This document shows positions 13,401-25,200 of a stretch of DNA of 64,000 nucleotides, one piece after another (the stretch's first letter is position 1; every line of letters starts with the position of its first letter). Below the pieces are notes generated by a model, which worked only from the letters and a program-made list of their open reading frames with translations, searched no databases and was not told where the DNA came from. The translations under genes and the position numbers were made by a program. The stretch spans positions 6,014,001 through 6,078,000 of the forward strand of contig CM035350.1 in assembly GCA_020137815.1 (NCBI GenBank). Reading direction: 5' to 3'. The stretch comes from Hormiphora californensis. Its lineage: Eukaryota; Animalia; Ctenophora.

Positions 13401-14392
13401 TACATACTTTTCTTTTCATTTTCCCAATTCTGACCTCATCATTTCCAGTTTTGACTTGGCTATCCGTGATATGACTGGTGCTCCTTGCCCCTTATACTTC
13501 AAGATCTGCATCAAGTTTGTCTCTCCTGTTCTTATGATATTCCTGCTGATCTGGACACTTGTGGATGCCATCATGCACCCCCAGACTTACGATGTCTTCG
13601 TGAACTGCAATCCCGTAAGTTCACCACCACTCATCTCAATTTGAATCTCCCTGAATAAAGATCTGTACCTATCTGCTAGATTTTAGGCCTGAATAAATCT
13701 TTATCTGCTAGATTTTAGGCCTGAATAAATCTTTATCTGCTAGATTTTAAGCCTGAATAAATCTTTATCTGCTAGATTTTAGGCCTGAATAAATCTGTAG
13801 GTCTGCTAGATTTTAGGCCTGAATAAATCTGTAGGTCTGCTAGATTTTAGGCCTGAATAAATCTGTAGGTCTGCTGATTTTAGGCCTGAATAAATCTGTG
13901 GGTCTGCTAGATTTTGCCCCATTTATAAGATTTATCCCATCCCAGGACGACATTATCAACAACAGGACAGCGCAGTATACTCAGAATCTAGTTCTCCCCG
14001 AGAGTGCACGTGTAGCTGGAGGGTTTATGGTGGCCCTGTGTACTGTACCAGTGGCCGTGTATGGAATCTGGAAACACATGACTATCAAGGAAATCAAAGA
14101 GTGCATCAATGGAACGTATGTTACATGTGGGTTACATGTGGGTTTCTAACGGGTGCGGCGAGATACTGAGAGAGGGTTGAAGGGAGAAGTTGAAAAGGGG
14201 AGGGGATCGGGAGGGAATTTGGTCGGAAAGGGGCCATGATATGGGGGGTTACCAGCAGTGTTTAAATAATAATGCGTTTTAAAATAACGTATATTACATA
14301 AGTAAACTTGATTTTAAACTGATATTCCACACCCCTGCAGGAGACAATACGTGATAGGAGAGACGAACAGGAAGGGAAGATGTAACCGTTAA
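1686..14392 (+). CDS. SLC6 (SNF/NSS family) Na+-dependent amino-acid/neurotransmitter transporter, multi-exon
   Basis: Phase-consistent GT-AG exons: 1686-2082 (less certain N-terminal exon), 4709-4801 (in-frame ATG at 4723), 4922-5080 ([33 protein letters not shown]), 5752-5892 ([11 protein letters not shown]), 6037-6130, 6389-6479, 9877-9996 (GVKSTGK), 11826-11936 (ATFPY), 12049-12216 ([17 protein letters not shown]), 12294-12365, 12640-12844 (GAGLTFI), 12975-13045, 13239-13327, 13449-13614, 13946-14115, 14341-14392 (TAA). These are hallmark SLC6 motifs. Confidence 0.93.
2480..2930. mobile_element. Foldback/MITE-like element with about 90-bp outer inverted arms and an inner hairpin
   Basis: CCTGCAGGTGCACTTTCTAATC...GAACTCTACCGC versus GCGGTAGAGTTC...GATTAGAAAGTGCACCTGCAGG. 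Inner arms TTTCTCCTACCAACTTCC/GGAAGTTGGTAGGAGAAA. Flanked by (CT)n/(GA)n. Confidence 0.75.
5506..5645. mobile_element. Short MITE (second copy at about 32670-32806)
   Basis: TIRs CAGTCAGACCCCAATTTACCGGG / CCCGGTAATTCGGGGTCCGACTG. A closely similar copy lies in an ARL5 intron. Confidence 0.75.
6558..9605 (-). CDS. Intronless 1015-aa putative secreted protein nested antisense in SLC6 intron 6480-9876
   Basis: 3-kb uninterrupted ORF. Signal-peptide-like N-terminus [19 protein letters not shown], about 600 aa of complex sequence with several N-x-S/T sites, then [18 protein letters not shown] and MQGP/MQNP repeats. Confidence 0.8.
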   Translation of the reverse strand: MLVRLFHLFLLLPALVVEGRIDGLKSWEPQLPLARVESRPEALSDYKPDNVLQRGAAPLGVDEWNDNSNQPSTIRPNIPNNRFFQGFGVEYGTYSSPYFGLFTSHKTSLSTGFITHADFNYRYHNGNIGQLMIDLGANDTHYPRLEDAYWGELTPEWVLAGSLEGANETVAGDPHGSLPEVSHAKNWYYFRFFRQVYISDITLDTDIPGHDLSVSVFWFNFTEECTFQNDTDSTFNCNGGIADGVVVWCKDQFIISGEVDITGLETGFGVMGYRFVPVKTNNTLLHIGRETITQPQQPQHNSSHHMFWFFGDVSPTLYHRGSLVLGYDHWNHINLTGEYYLDIEYCNRIQINPDLIEGDDIQQLPYSIYLNDRYIMVYVNGVLVGQGWLSEDEVNDCTEMLRLTRWFSIFPSFESYYYTRNMDFGKLVHVIRRHTKAERHQVCFEAEKRLVDSCTELMTGACLVNVTISQYVKNDAKLPTLSEKIHQEFKRDDTTLWGIGNALAKEIEPSFREHYMKSSEFKSLAETELGWWYATTDPKKVEDNIEKTRNLLKDLSKKRMARQAKESMNRFSQWSGKLKETFRNLRAINDVGVDAWLDKESPPPTLKPPTLKPNTRPTLKPNTRPTLKPNTLPTPKPNTRPSLKPNTRPMTPTKHKDEMGYDFIVDPAVPVVVHLPAVPENIDIVLDPNPEVPELSDPNPEVPELSDPNPEVPELSVVNPDVLPYPILEDEDLVFRVPFADIMKIVEKWIGQNPETVTPESSQIGLHGVNLNRNIDPMQGPIKVSMRSYMENPMQGPMKGPMQGYMQNPMQGPMQGPMQGPMQNPMQNPMQGYMQNPMQGPMQGPMQGQMQGSMQGPMQNTMQGPMQGQMQGPMQGPMQNTMQGAMQNPMQGYMQNPMQGPMQGPMQGQMQGPMQGPMQGPMQGTMQNPMQNPMQGYMQNPMQGPMQGPMQSPMQMNENLLQVPMQNENRGSMQNENLLQVPMQGPSKQLGKTSPEILSEPEEPDGSQSIWLRMG
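10120..11815 (+). mobile_element. 5'-truncated L2/CR1-group LINE in an SLC6 intron
   Basis: RT ORF 10149-11471 ([42 protein letters not shown]), 3' stem-loop and (TTA)n tail ending just before the acceptor at 11825. Confidence 0.92.
13120..13203 (-). repeat. Small dispersed intronic repeat
   Basis: The minus strand reads [20 protein letters not shown] recall this as a high-copy repeat in Pleurobrachia gene models (unverified recollection). Confidence 0.5.
13652..13915 (+). repeat. 32-34 bp minisatellite, about 8 copies, in an SLC6 intron
   Basis: Unit TCTGCTAGATTTTAGGCCTGAATAAATCT(TTA/GTAGG). Confidence 0.9.
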
Positions 14393-14544
14393 GGTTAACT
14401 ACTGCGCAGAAGAGTGTCCTAGCGTGGTGTAGGGGGACATAATTATACTGAATTAGAACTGTTCATTGCTCTCCGGTGTTATAGGCTTCATGTTCAGAGA
14501 CAAGTGTGCAATAATTGTGTGAGGAGTTAGTAGGTAGTGCTGGT

Positions 14545-14918
14545 ATAAGGAACCATAATAAAGTTCAAGAGCCTCCAAGACACCCAAGACGCACCCAATC
14601 GAAAGACCACACCTGAGAGCGCACCACACCAAAAAGAGACCACTCCAAGAGCGCACCACCTCCAGAAGACACCACTTCAAGAGCGCACCACATCAAAGAG
14701 AGCTCCCCATCCAGAGATCCACGCGCGGGACACCACCCAAAGAGACCAGCGCGGCGTTGTATTTGCGCGTGCGGTCTCTTCTGCGCGTGTGTCCCCTGCG
14801 CGCGGTATCTTCTGGATGGGGAGCTCTCTTTGATGTGGTGCGCTCTTGGAGTGGTGTCTTTTGGAGGTGGTACGCTCTTGGATGGGGTGCGCTCTTGAAC
14901 TTTATTATGGTTCCTTAT
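14545..14918. mobile_element. Palindromic MITE with internal short repeats
   Basis: TIR TAAGGAACCATAATAAAGTTCAAGAG / CTCTTGAACTTTATTATGGTTCCTTA. Confidence 0.8.
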
Positions 14919-15831
14919 TAGGAAATCTATGACAAATGTATTTTATTTGCTAGGTTTTGGCGGCATGACTATGAGTCAGATTATGCTATAAAACTGAACT
15001 TGAAGTTGAAGAGAGACGTTTTATTTTTAACTAGGTTTTGACACTTAAAATAGGACACTGTTTTATCTGGATTTCTATTGTTTTAGGAGAGCTAGTGTTA
15101 ATGTTCGGCCCTTTTTATAAATATTACACCTCATAGATACCGAAATATTACACCTCATAAATACCGAAATTGGTAGTGGTTAAAGTTGACATGAGAGTGT
15201 GACACTGTCAGTGAGATTAAATTGAGAATGAGACTGAGAGTGAGAGACTCACAGTCACACTCTCTCAGAGGAACTGATTGAAACTGAAAGAAATGTTATT
15301 ATAACATACTTTATAAATTTATCGTAAACTAATTGAATGCCCGAGAAATGTGTACCTCATTTGTTGGCAGCGAAGCTTCGTACGGGGGATTATGCGACGT
15401 GCCCAATGGCCAATACAACTTAGTTTATTATTTATTTAAGTGAAAACCGCGTTCGCTAGAAACTTTTAAAAACAACGCGTTACTACGCCGCGCAAAAAGA
15501 CGTCGTGGCGCGGCGCGCGGTAGCTTGCGCAAAAATCCACAAATTCGCAGTTTTAAAAAATGTTTGCTTTCCTGTTTTTTCTCATTTTTTCGTTTCAGTT
15601 TTCGGCCTGTGCATCTGCGCCGCAGATTCTGCGGACACCCACGCGCGCCTCCCCGACGGCTTACCAGGAACCGGAGATATCTCAGATATAAGTTGTGCCA
15701 AATCAAGGGTGGACAGTTTAGAAAAAACTCAAAAATCCGACGTGTGGAGTGCCGACAAAAAAGGGGCCAAGAAAAATGGGGAATATAAATTATAAATGGA
15801 CACCAAAATTGGGGAAGTGGGTGTGGAATGG

Positions 15832-16052
15832 TTACAGTGAGGTGTGGTGCAGTGGAGTGTGTTGGACTTTACTTACAGAAGTACAGTCGGTATGGTGTGG
15901 TGCAGTGGTCAGTGGAGTGTGTTGGGCTTTACTTATAGAAGTACAGTCGGTATGGTATGGTATGGTATGGTGCAGTGGAGTGTGTTGGGCTTTACTTATA
16001 GAAGTACAGTCGGTATGGTGTGGTGCAGTGGAGTGCTGCTGCAGTGGAGTGC
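15832..16052 (+). repeat. About 50-bp tandem repeat, left part; continues at 19362-19640 after the LINE insertion
   Basis: Unit GGTGTGGTGCAGTGGAGTGTGTTGG(A/G)CTTTACTTA(C/T)AGAAGTACAGTCGGTAT occurs on both sides of the LINE. Confidence 0.85.
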
Positions 16053-19000
16053 TGCTGCCTTCTTCAAACTAACCAACTACTTGATGGGTCGTGATAAAAC
16101 ACCACAGGAACAGCCAGAAGGATACGAGGATCAAGTTCTTGCGGACAAGTTTGCTGAATTCTTTCAAGAAAAGTTGAGAGAATTTCAGCAGACATTGAGG
16201 AAGACCGAAAAACTAGGCGACCAGTTCAAACACTGCAATACACACGTACCCTCAACTGTCAATTCAAGGAGTTTAGCCCACTATCAGAGAAGTATTCGTC
16301 TTTGGTCCGCGATATGTCGCATAAAGCGTGTGATTTGATCCCCTGCCAACACTCATTCGTGACCAAACTCCTGCCAAACTATCCCCAGTAATAACTACGG
16401 TAGTTAATAAGAGCCTGGCTAATGGAGAGTTCCCAACTGCTTTAAAGGTACCCAAATAAAGACCCTCTTACAAACAAGAAGACAAGAACGATTAAAGAAC
16501 TATCGCCAGTGTCCAATCTACCTTTCTTATCCAAAATCGTCGGAAAGCAGTAGCGCTACAACTCACGGAATACCTTGAAACAACAACTGCTACCATCATA
16601 CAGTCTGCCTACAGAAAAGGACATAGCGTAGAAACAGCTACCACAAAAATACTGGATGATCTGTTGGTCATAACCGATAAAAAATCGAAAGCAGTGCTGT
16701 TACTTCTAGACCTATCAGCGGCTTTTGACACGATTGATCATGGGAGATTGATGTCCAGACTGGAGCGTGATTATGGTATAACTGGTGTCGCACTACGATG
16801 GTTCTCCTCTTATCTGTCGGGAAGAAAAGCTTCAGTCAAGGTAGGAGGAACACTCTTCTCCTCGAGAAATGAGAATAGGAGTGCCGCAAGGGTTATACTG
16901 GACCACTACTATTTGTCTGTACACAAGAGAGCTAGAAGAGATCGGAAAAAACATGGAGTCCTACTACACCTGTATGCAGATGATTCCCAGGTATACTGTG
17001 AATTTCAGCCAGCTGATTTCTCGCAACAGAAACTCGAATTGAGCTATGCTTGAAGAAATTCGTAGATGGTTGGTCCACAATCGTCTGAAATTAAACACAA
17101 GTAAGACTGAAGTTATGTGATCCGTTCAAAACATGACACTACGAATAATCCTAAACATTTAAAGTGTTTGGTGAACCAAAGGAACACACGAAATGTGCTA
17201 GAAAATCTTGGAATCTACTTTGATGAAACACTGTCAATGGAAGCCATGTGTCACAAGTGGTCAGACGCTGCTCTATGTATCTTCATAACATGTGGCGTAA
17301 ACTGGAAAGCTAGATAAAGACTCCAAAGTGACTTGTTAACGTCTTCATACACTCCATCCTGGACTTTGGAACTCTCTGCTTTATGGGATCAAGACATCAC
17401 AAATACAGAGGCTACAGAAACTTCAAAATGCTGCAGGTAGGTTTGTTCGGGGCACGAGGGAACGCCGAGGGATCACTGTACTCGAAAAGAGTTAACACTT
17501 CTTCCAGTCAAATGGATCTGCTACAAAATATGCTTCCTCATGTTTAATTGATCAATCACGAGCTCCGGAATACCTAATGGAAATGGTGACTAAAAGATCG
17601 GCAAAACCACAAGGCTAAGAGCAGACAACGATCACACATTCTCGAGAAAGAACCCACTCGGTGAGGTACAAAATTAGTGAAGAGACTCTCGATAGCTGGA
17701 CCCCGCTGTGGAAGAACTACCAAGACAATTAAGGGAGGAAATTCAGAGAACCGCTTCAAGGTGCTCCTCAGACTCATCTATTCCAAGGGCTTATAATGAG
17801 AGTGATTAAGTCTGTTGTCGTAGAGCTTGTCGGTGTGTGTAATGTTTTCAGAAGACAATTTAGTAAAGGAATCCCAGCTTGTTGTATGTGTGTGTAGGAG
17901 TTTTTCTGTTGTTAGTTTGGAGTTGATGTTGTGAGTCAGTATCGTACTGGTCTAAGGGTTTTCGAGTTGTTCCGTTGATGTGTGAGGAGTTGTACTATTG
18001 TGATAAAAGAAATTCGTAGAATTTTGAGTTAGTAGGGACGGGAGTAGGAGTCAGGAGATTAGAGGGTTGTTTGTGTGTCTGTGGTCAGTTGAATACTTTC
18101 CGTATTGTTCTGAAAGTGGAGACTTGGAGACTCGATTTGATTGATTGTTTCTTTTTATGTGACGGATCCCCAGAACTCGGTAAAAAAAGAGCCTGGGCTA
18201 ACAAATCAAAAAATCAAAAAAAAAAAAAGAAAAAAAAAAAAAAAGGAAAAAAGAAAAAAAAAAAAAAAAAGAAGAAGGCAATAAAAAATAAAAAAAAACA
18301 AAAAAAAAAACAAAAAAAAACAAAAAAAAAAACAAAAAGCCCCCCTCCCCCTCCTGCAGACTTACTTGACAATGACAGTAGATTAACACTCGATATGAAC
18401 AATACACCCACACCATGGTATGGCGCTGTGTAGTTGTCAAGTACTATACTTTCCAATACACAGAGCCAGCCTGCATACGGAGGTTCCGACTGACAATTAA
18501 ATCACCACCTCCGGTGCAAAATATTTTCAGGTGTTAAGCTGAACTCTTAGACAGAGGATGGAGTAGGGCAAGTAATTTTTATTTAGTAGTAAATATGTAG
18601 TTTCAATCCTCGACCCCCTTTAGTAGTGTCTAGAGATATTAGTTATACTAGACAGTAAACTGTCCACTAACACGTAACCTAAACACCCGCAAGCGGGCCG
18701 TTTCTCTCCCCTTTTTCAGTAATTAGGTCATTGAAGTTTCCTCAGTCTTGAGTTTCCTAGTAGTCCGAGATCAAGCATCATCCTGGTACAGTTGAAAGTA
18801 CGGGGGACACGCTAGCATTATTTAGGGTGACTAGGGAGACTAGGGATAGTGGATGTGCAAGGGAGTCATGAATGGGTGGCCCAAAACTGTGACGAATGTA
18901 ATATGAACTGATCCCGTTTCATAGACAATTACAAACTGTGCCATGTTATTTTTAATCAGAGGTTTAAATTGCGAAATAAGACATAAGTGTGAAGTGAAGT

Positions 19001-19362
19001 ATGTGTGTTGCGTGTTTTTAACTAACTTATTAACTACTAACTTATTAACTACTAATTTATTAACTAATTATCTATGCATGAAAGATCTGGACTCTTATAG
19101 TTATATAAATTGTATATACAAGGACTTAATTGACAACAGACATTAATTATTCTATTAGTTTCTTGAATTGTGTGTATTGGAGCCTCCTTCGAATGGCCTG
19201 GGCTATACAATTGTGTGTGTTACCGAGCGATTCGAAGTAGGCTCCACCGCTTTAGAAAGTCGTTAGTTTTGCCTGTGTGTGATTTAGCATATGTAAGTGC
19301 TCTTCTAGCAGTAGACTACAAAGCGGAATATTAAATATTTGTATGATGATGATTTGTATGAT
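16053..19362 (+). mobile_element. Frameshifted, 5'-truncated L2/CR1-group LINE with long 3' UTR
   Basis: Fragments LLLLDLSAAFDTIDH and LHLYADDSQVY, collinear with ORF2 at 43947. Ends in a CCGCT...AGCGG stem and (GAT)n tail. Confidence 0.85.
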
Positions 19363-20270
19363 GAAGTACAGCCAGTATGGTGTAGTGCAGTGGAGTGGGT
19401 TGGACTTTACTTACAGAAGTACAGTCGGTATGGTGTGGTGCAGTGGAGCGTGTTGGGCTTTACTTATAGTACAGTCGGTATGGTGTGGTGCAGTGGAGTG
19501 TGTTGGGCTCTACTTACAGAAGTACAGCCAGTATGGTGTAGTGCAGTGGAGTGTGTTGGACTTTACTTACAGAAGTACAGTCGGTATGGTGTGGTGCAGT
19601 GAAGTGTGTTAGGCTTTACTAATAGAAGTACAGCCAGTAAGTTGAGATCTAGCGAGGTGAGCCGTGAGCTACCGTGAGGCATGCTGTGTATCGTATGGAC
19701 ACAAGTGAGTTTAAGCTAGTATGAATTCTCCCCCGCTCCTTGGTTCTCCTACAGTTGAAGCAGAAGGATCCTCACCCGGTTGTATAAGACAGTATCGATT
19801 GTTTAAGGGCTAAAGCCCTGGAGCTAAAATATTCACTTTCTGGATCTCTAGATCCAAGAGCATATTCTATTAATCTCAGTAAGCAGAGACGTATATTTCA
19901 TCATCCGATTTAAATATGGTTTAACTACAAAACTTACCTTCAGAAAATATCTTCTTGAAAAATATCTGGAAATCCTTGGTATAAAACTAACCGCTTTTGA
20001 ACGAGAGTTAGTGAGATGAAGTCCGCACCAAGTGATGCTAGTAGTCAAGACCTAACAGAACTCGTGTTGTTCTTTAAAATATGGACAATGAAAAGGCGAC
20101 AATAAATGTATATTTGTATTTGTATTTGTATTTGAGTGTAAACGCACGGTGAGCATGAAACAACTGAACGCCTGACTAAGAACAGTATCAATGGTTTGTT
20201 TGCCTAGCTGAATGAAAATCCGAAAGTAAATTCGATCAAACGTATCGGCGAAAAAAACAAGAAGGGCCCT

Positions 20271-20602
20271 CAGGGGCGAAGCAAGGCTGGGTCCATTGGG
20301 TCCAGGACCCACTTTTTGGACGAGAGAGGAAAAGAAAATGGGAAAACTTGCTAAAAGTGCAAAATCAGCAAAAACAACAAAAAAAGTGAAAAAATGAGCC
20401 GATTTTCAATTGAAAAAACGATGCGCGCAAGAAAGCTTATGCGGCAGCGCTATTGTCAATAGCGCTGCCGCATAAGCTGGGTCTGGACCCTATTGGTCAA
20501 TACCTATTGACCAATAGGGTCCAGACCCAGCTCGTGCGTTACATTTTCTGCAGCGCTGGACCCAAATTTTTTTTCGTGAATGAACGCCGCGCACCGCCCC
20601 TG
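20271..20602. mobile_element. hAT-type MITE inserted in a LINE ORF1 fragment
   Basis: TIR CAGGGGCG/CGCCCCTG. 8-bp TSD AGGGCCCT at 20263-20270 and 20603-20610. The host sequence is uninterrupted in the related copy near 48300-48435. Confidence 0.88.
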
Positions 20603-21173
20603 AGGGCCCTTGACCTCTATTGGTTTCTTTGGAAAGACGAGTAACCACCACCACCGCTTTAGAAAGTGGTAAATGGTATAACGTTTATCCGTTAACCCCA
20701 GTAGTGAACCATTTATTTTTAACACTATTAAGCGGTATATTAAATGTATTGATTATTATTAGAACACTTATTTATCTCGATGTCTGTAGTCTTGCGGGGT
20801 AAGTTATGATACAAGTCACAACTTTAGTAGGGACCCCTTTGTGCAGCGTGATTTATCATGGGAATCTGATGACTGTTACTGTTTCATAACCGACCTAGTC
20901 TCGCCCCCGTCTCGCCAGGTAATTTCTTAAACCGACTTTTACACGAATTCGAAGTGTGTCTGCCCGGGTTGACGAGAGATTCAGTGATCGGTTGAATAGG
21001 CACATTGAGTGGCGCATAATTTACATTTTACATCATCACCACTTTCAGCCAGTGCCTCGCAATGGCACATAGTATAAGCGTGAAGAAATAACTACCTACT
21101 ATAACTGGGCGAAACTGAGACTAGATCGAACTAATTAGTAATTGTAATCATACCACATAATTATCAATCAGTA

Positions 21174-22080
21174 TATTAGGTTGTCCCAGAAAGAATGTCG
21201 TGTACCGATTTTTAGGAGAAATACATGGGTTAGAGACTTCTAACCAGTTCTAATCTTGTCAATATGGCGATTCCTAACTCAGGAACGTGTCCAAAATTTC
21301 AAATGCTCATTTCATTCGTTCTGATTTGGTATTTTAAACCCAAAGTCGAGGTGCCGCTGAACGGAGGTTTTCCATTCTTAAAACGTCTCTGAAATAAGCC
21401 CTTTGAGTTTTTTGAACTCCAAATGGCACCAAACGATAGCAATTGTCCAAAGTTAAGGAACCTATGGATTTTAGTCTCGACGCAACCTGTGGAAGCGTCA
21501 GGCAAAGCTAATATACCGTGCAAAAGCGAAAAAATCCAAAATTTAACCCTGTTTTTGACCTGTTTAGGCTACTTTCAAAAACTTCCAAATTTTCATCTTC
21601 AAACCTTACCAAATCAAATCGCCAACTCGCTATGACTAAAAGCTTAGTCGGGACTATTCAAAGCTGCAAAAAGAATGTCAATACACCAATCCATGAACCC
21701 TGAAGTGGCCCGGAAGTGGAATTTCAGATTTTGAGCAAAAATTTTCAGAGCTCCATACTCCGCAACAATTCTGACCTGTTCTTCACCACCCTCAACGATA
21801 GGAATTGTCAAATAAACAAGCTGGGGTAGTGTAATATCTTACAGACACTCACAGAAAAAGTCACAGCTGGTTTTCAACATGCACATATTTCTCGTTCAGC
21901 GGAAATTTTACTCGCTTTGTTTCCGGGTTCGCCAGGGTGCGTCGAAAATCAATTTTTTCAAAATAGACACCTTGTTTCATAAGTCAAGGGTAAATGAACA
22001 AGCTAGAAAGTTTTAAATCGAAATCGATGGGCCAACTTCGAGAAAACGGGACACGACATTCTTTCTGGGACAACCTAATA
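21174..22080. mobile_element. Tc1/mariner-type non-autonomous element
   Basis: TIR TATTAGGTTGTCCCAGAAAGAATGTCGTGT / ACACGACATTCTTTCTGGGACAACCTAATA with TA ends; no transposase ORF. Confidence 0.85.
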
Positions 22081-22264
22081 GTATCATGGCTGTCTCTATT
22101 TGCTCAGTGTTGTTTACATAGTAGTATCCTCTTGTTATATCACTACTTCCTGCCTTATAGCTAACATGACAGATGGACAACTTGAAATGATACGGTGGTG
22201 AATCACTATCAGTGTCTGAAGCGCCTCAAGCAGTAGCAGCAGTGGTAATCAATATATATAAAAT

Positions 22265-25200
22265 ATGGGATTGTTAATGACCAAGTTGTGGCAGTACTTT
22301 ACTAACCAGGGTACGTTGATTTCACAATTCTTCAGCTTCTGTTCTAAATACACTCGTCGCCAGACAGAAATAACATCTGTAATTGCATTTTCATGCGATT
22401 CGTTTGAATTCGATCTGGAATTTAAGTACTATTTTTTATAACTGTCAAATAATGACCCTATTTCAGAGTATAAAGTGATAGTAGTTGGACTGGACAATGC
22501 GGGGAAAACTACAATTCTTTATCATTTGTAAGTTTTGATTCATACTGCTTCCACTGAAGCAGTATTTGTGAAAACAAACAGCCAGTGCAGTGTGTGATTC
22601 AACTTTATATGCTGTATAATGTACATACAGTTTGGTCTTTCGAATCCACACACACACTATGGTACACTGTACACACATCTTCCTACATTGTTTCAACTGA
22701 AATAGGCCACCTGTTTGCCTGACACACCCCCCCCCCACCAGTAGTAATTGTAGGACACGTTTCATATTTCTTTTGTATCCCCTACCGAGTCAAAACATGA
22801 ATCCTATCCTGTATAACACTCCACTGGATCAAATTGTCATGTACAATTGGTTGTAATGTTCTAACCCTCCTTACATTTGTAAAAGAGGTTTTCCTGTGCA
22901 GTGTGCGGGGCACGGTGAACAGGGTCAAGCAATTGGTGTGTGTAGTGTGTCTGAGTGTTATTAACATTGAATGAGGTGTGGGGGAACATTAGATACAATA
23001 GATGTGATTACAAAGAGGGTTCTCATAACACATAGAAACACAGCACCAGTTGGATGATGATGCTCCATGTGTATATATACATATATAAAAAGGGAGGGTC
23101 TTAAATCTTAGATTTCTCCGGCACCTTAATTCCAATGGTTCTGAAATTTTGACACAATGTTGTTGAGCTTATGCCAGATATGTTACTGACTTTCAAGTCC
23201 AAATGAAAAAATTCATTAATGAACCTAAATTCATGTTTTTAGGCCAATGTAGGTTTTCTCTATTCGTTTTTTTTTCGTTTTTAGGGACTTCTTTTGCACT
23301 CCACACCGGATATGTGATACTGGGTACAACAAAGGAAATTCGAGACCTATTGCAATCTTGCTAACATGATTTTGTCACATCCTGATTACGTTTTTTCTTG
23401 CTTACATGGAGGTCACATGACGCTTGTTGTTACCAATCAGTATAGGCAATGGTAAGCTTCCATTAGCAAGGTTTCGATTTACTAATGTCTCAACTAACGG
23501 TTTGTTAATGAACTATCGGTTTAATGTTAATTTATGCAGTTATTAACGAAAAATTAAAATTTTTTTAAAAAATCGGAAATTTAAGAAAAATAATTTTTTT
23601 TAAATTAAACAATTTTTCATACCAGAATGAACTTAAATGATTAAAGCATAACCCAGCTAGGTTTTAATTTCACTCTAAAGTGCAAATCTCTCATTTTCAG
23701 CGAAAATATGTTTTTTTTGAAAAAATGACCATTTTTAATTTCATTAATTTCACCCACTAAACTTTATTCATTTTCAATGAAATTTCAGATTGCCATTGAT
23801 AATGTTATACTATTGAGTGGCTGCAATTTTGCGATCCAATCGACTTGGAACAGGGGAAACCTTCAATTAGCTAAAAAAAGGAATTTAGTTCATTAATGAA
23901 TTCTGTTCTGCATTTTTGGACTTGAAACTCTGTACACATATCTGGCATAAGCTCAACAACATTGTGTCAAAATTTCAGAACCATTGGAATTAAGGTGCTG
24001 GAGAAATCTAAGATTTAAGACCCTCCCTTTTTATTGGCCCACGCGGTACCGTAAGTTGGGGTAACTTTGTTTTGCAGGGTAACTTTGGACACTTTCAAAA
24101 TTTGGCTTTAGTCCAAAATTACCAATAGATACCGAGAGATTTGGAAAACTTTTGGGTGTACAAGTACTGACCCACAAATGTCTAACTAACGGTACAGTTA
24201 TTTTTCCAAGTCTATGCTAATTAGCTCCTAATTAGGGTCAAACATAATTGATTTCAAAATCGCTAAAAATGTTCCAATCAAATGGTACCATAGATCTGAC
24301 CGGGCAAATGATCGAATCAAGTTTGCTCCATAGAGTGGAAGGGTTTCGATCAAATTTGGGGCACCATTTTTCAAATCCGACCAATTACTTTAATTGAGAC
24401 TATTGGGTTGGCTAATGTTACCCCACCATATTTTGAATTTTGGGGTAACTTTGGACGGGTGCCAAATTACCCCTACTACATGTTTTTGAACTTTTGATGT
24501 CTGCAGAGTTGCCATAACCCTCTCTGACTTGTTTAGAACCATCTGATCAAGATTTACACGATCCATGCCCATTTTCATCGATCTATTCGCTAAGGTAGTA
24601 ATAAACCAGAATTAGTTCTACTTTATGGAGCTAAATCATAGAAATCCGACCTGAAACCCATCAAACTTCAATAATTTGGGGTCCCTCATCCATTCTGTAG
24701 CTTGGTAGATGGTATTGACCCTCTAGGCGAGTCTATTAGTTCTTGTGGACAATCTAGCAGGACCCAGGACCCAAAACTCCTTTATTTAGCCAGTACCCAT
24801 AAGTGTCCTACTTCACTCTGCGGTCCAATTCAGTAAAAAGAACTAATACTGCCGCCTAGGGGGCAAATACCACCTACTAAGCTGAGGGTGGATGAGGCCC
24901 CCAATTATTGAAGTTTATGTGTTTTTGGACGGTTGTTTGTGATTTAGCTCCATAAAAGACCAAATCCTCGTTTATTCACTACCTTTCGAATAGATGGATG
25001 AAAACGGGTGTGGATTGGGCTGAATCTTGGTCATATGGTCCTAACAAGTTAGAGAGGTCTAAGGCAACTCTACAAACGCTCATATCGAAACCTAAACATT
25101 TATGTTCATTTATTTTATCATTGCAAAATGTGTCCAAAGTTACCCCACCCTCATTCCAAAGTTACCCCATGCCTAAAACCCCACTTACACTAAAATACTG

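Noticed and set aside
18181-18340. Lys-rich/Phe-rich ORFs
   Set aside because: Degenerate A-rich tract inside a LINE 3' region, probably low-quality sequence.
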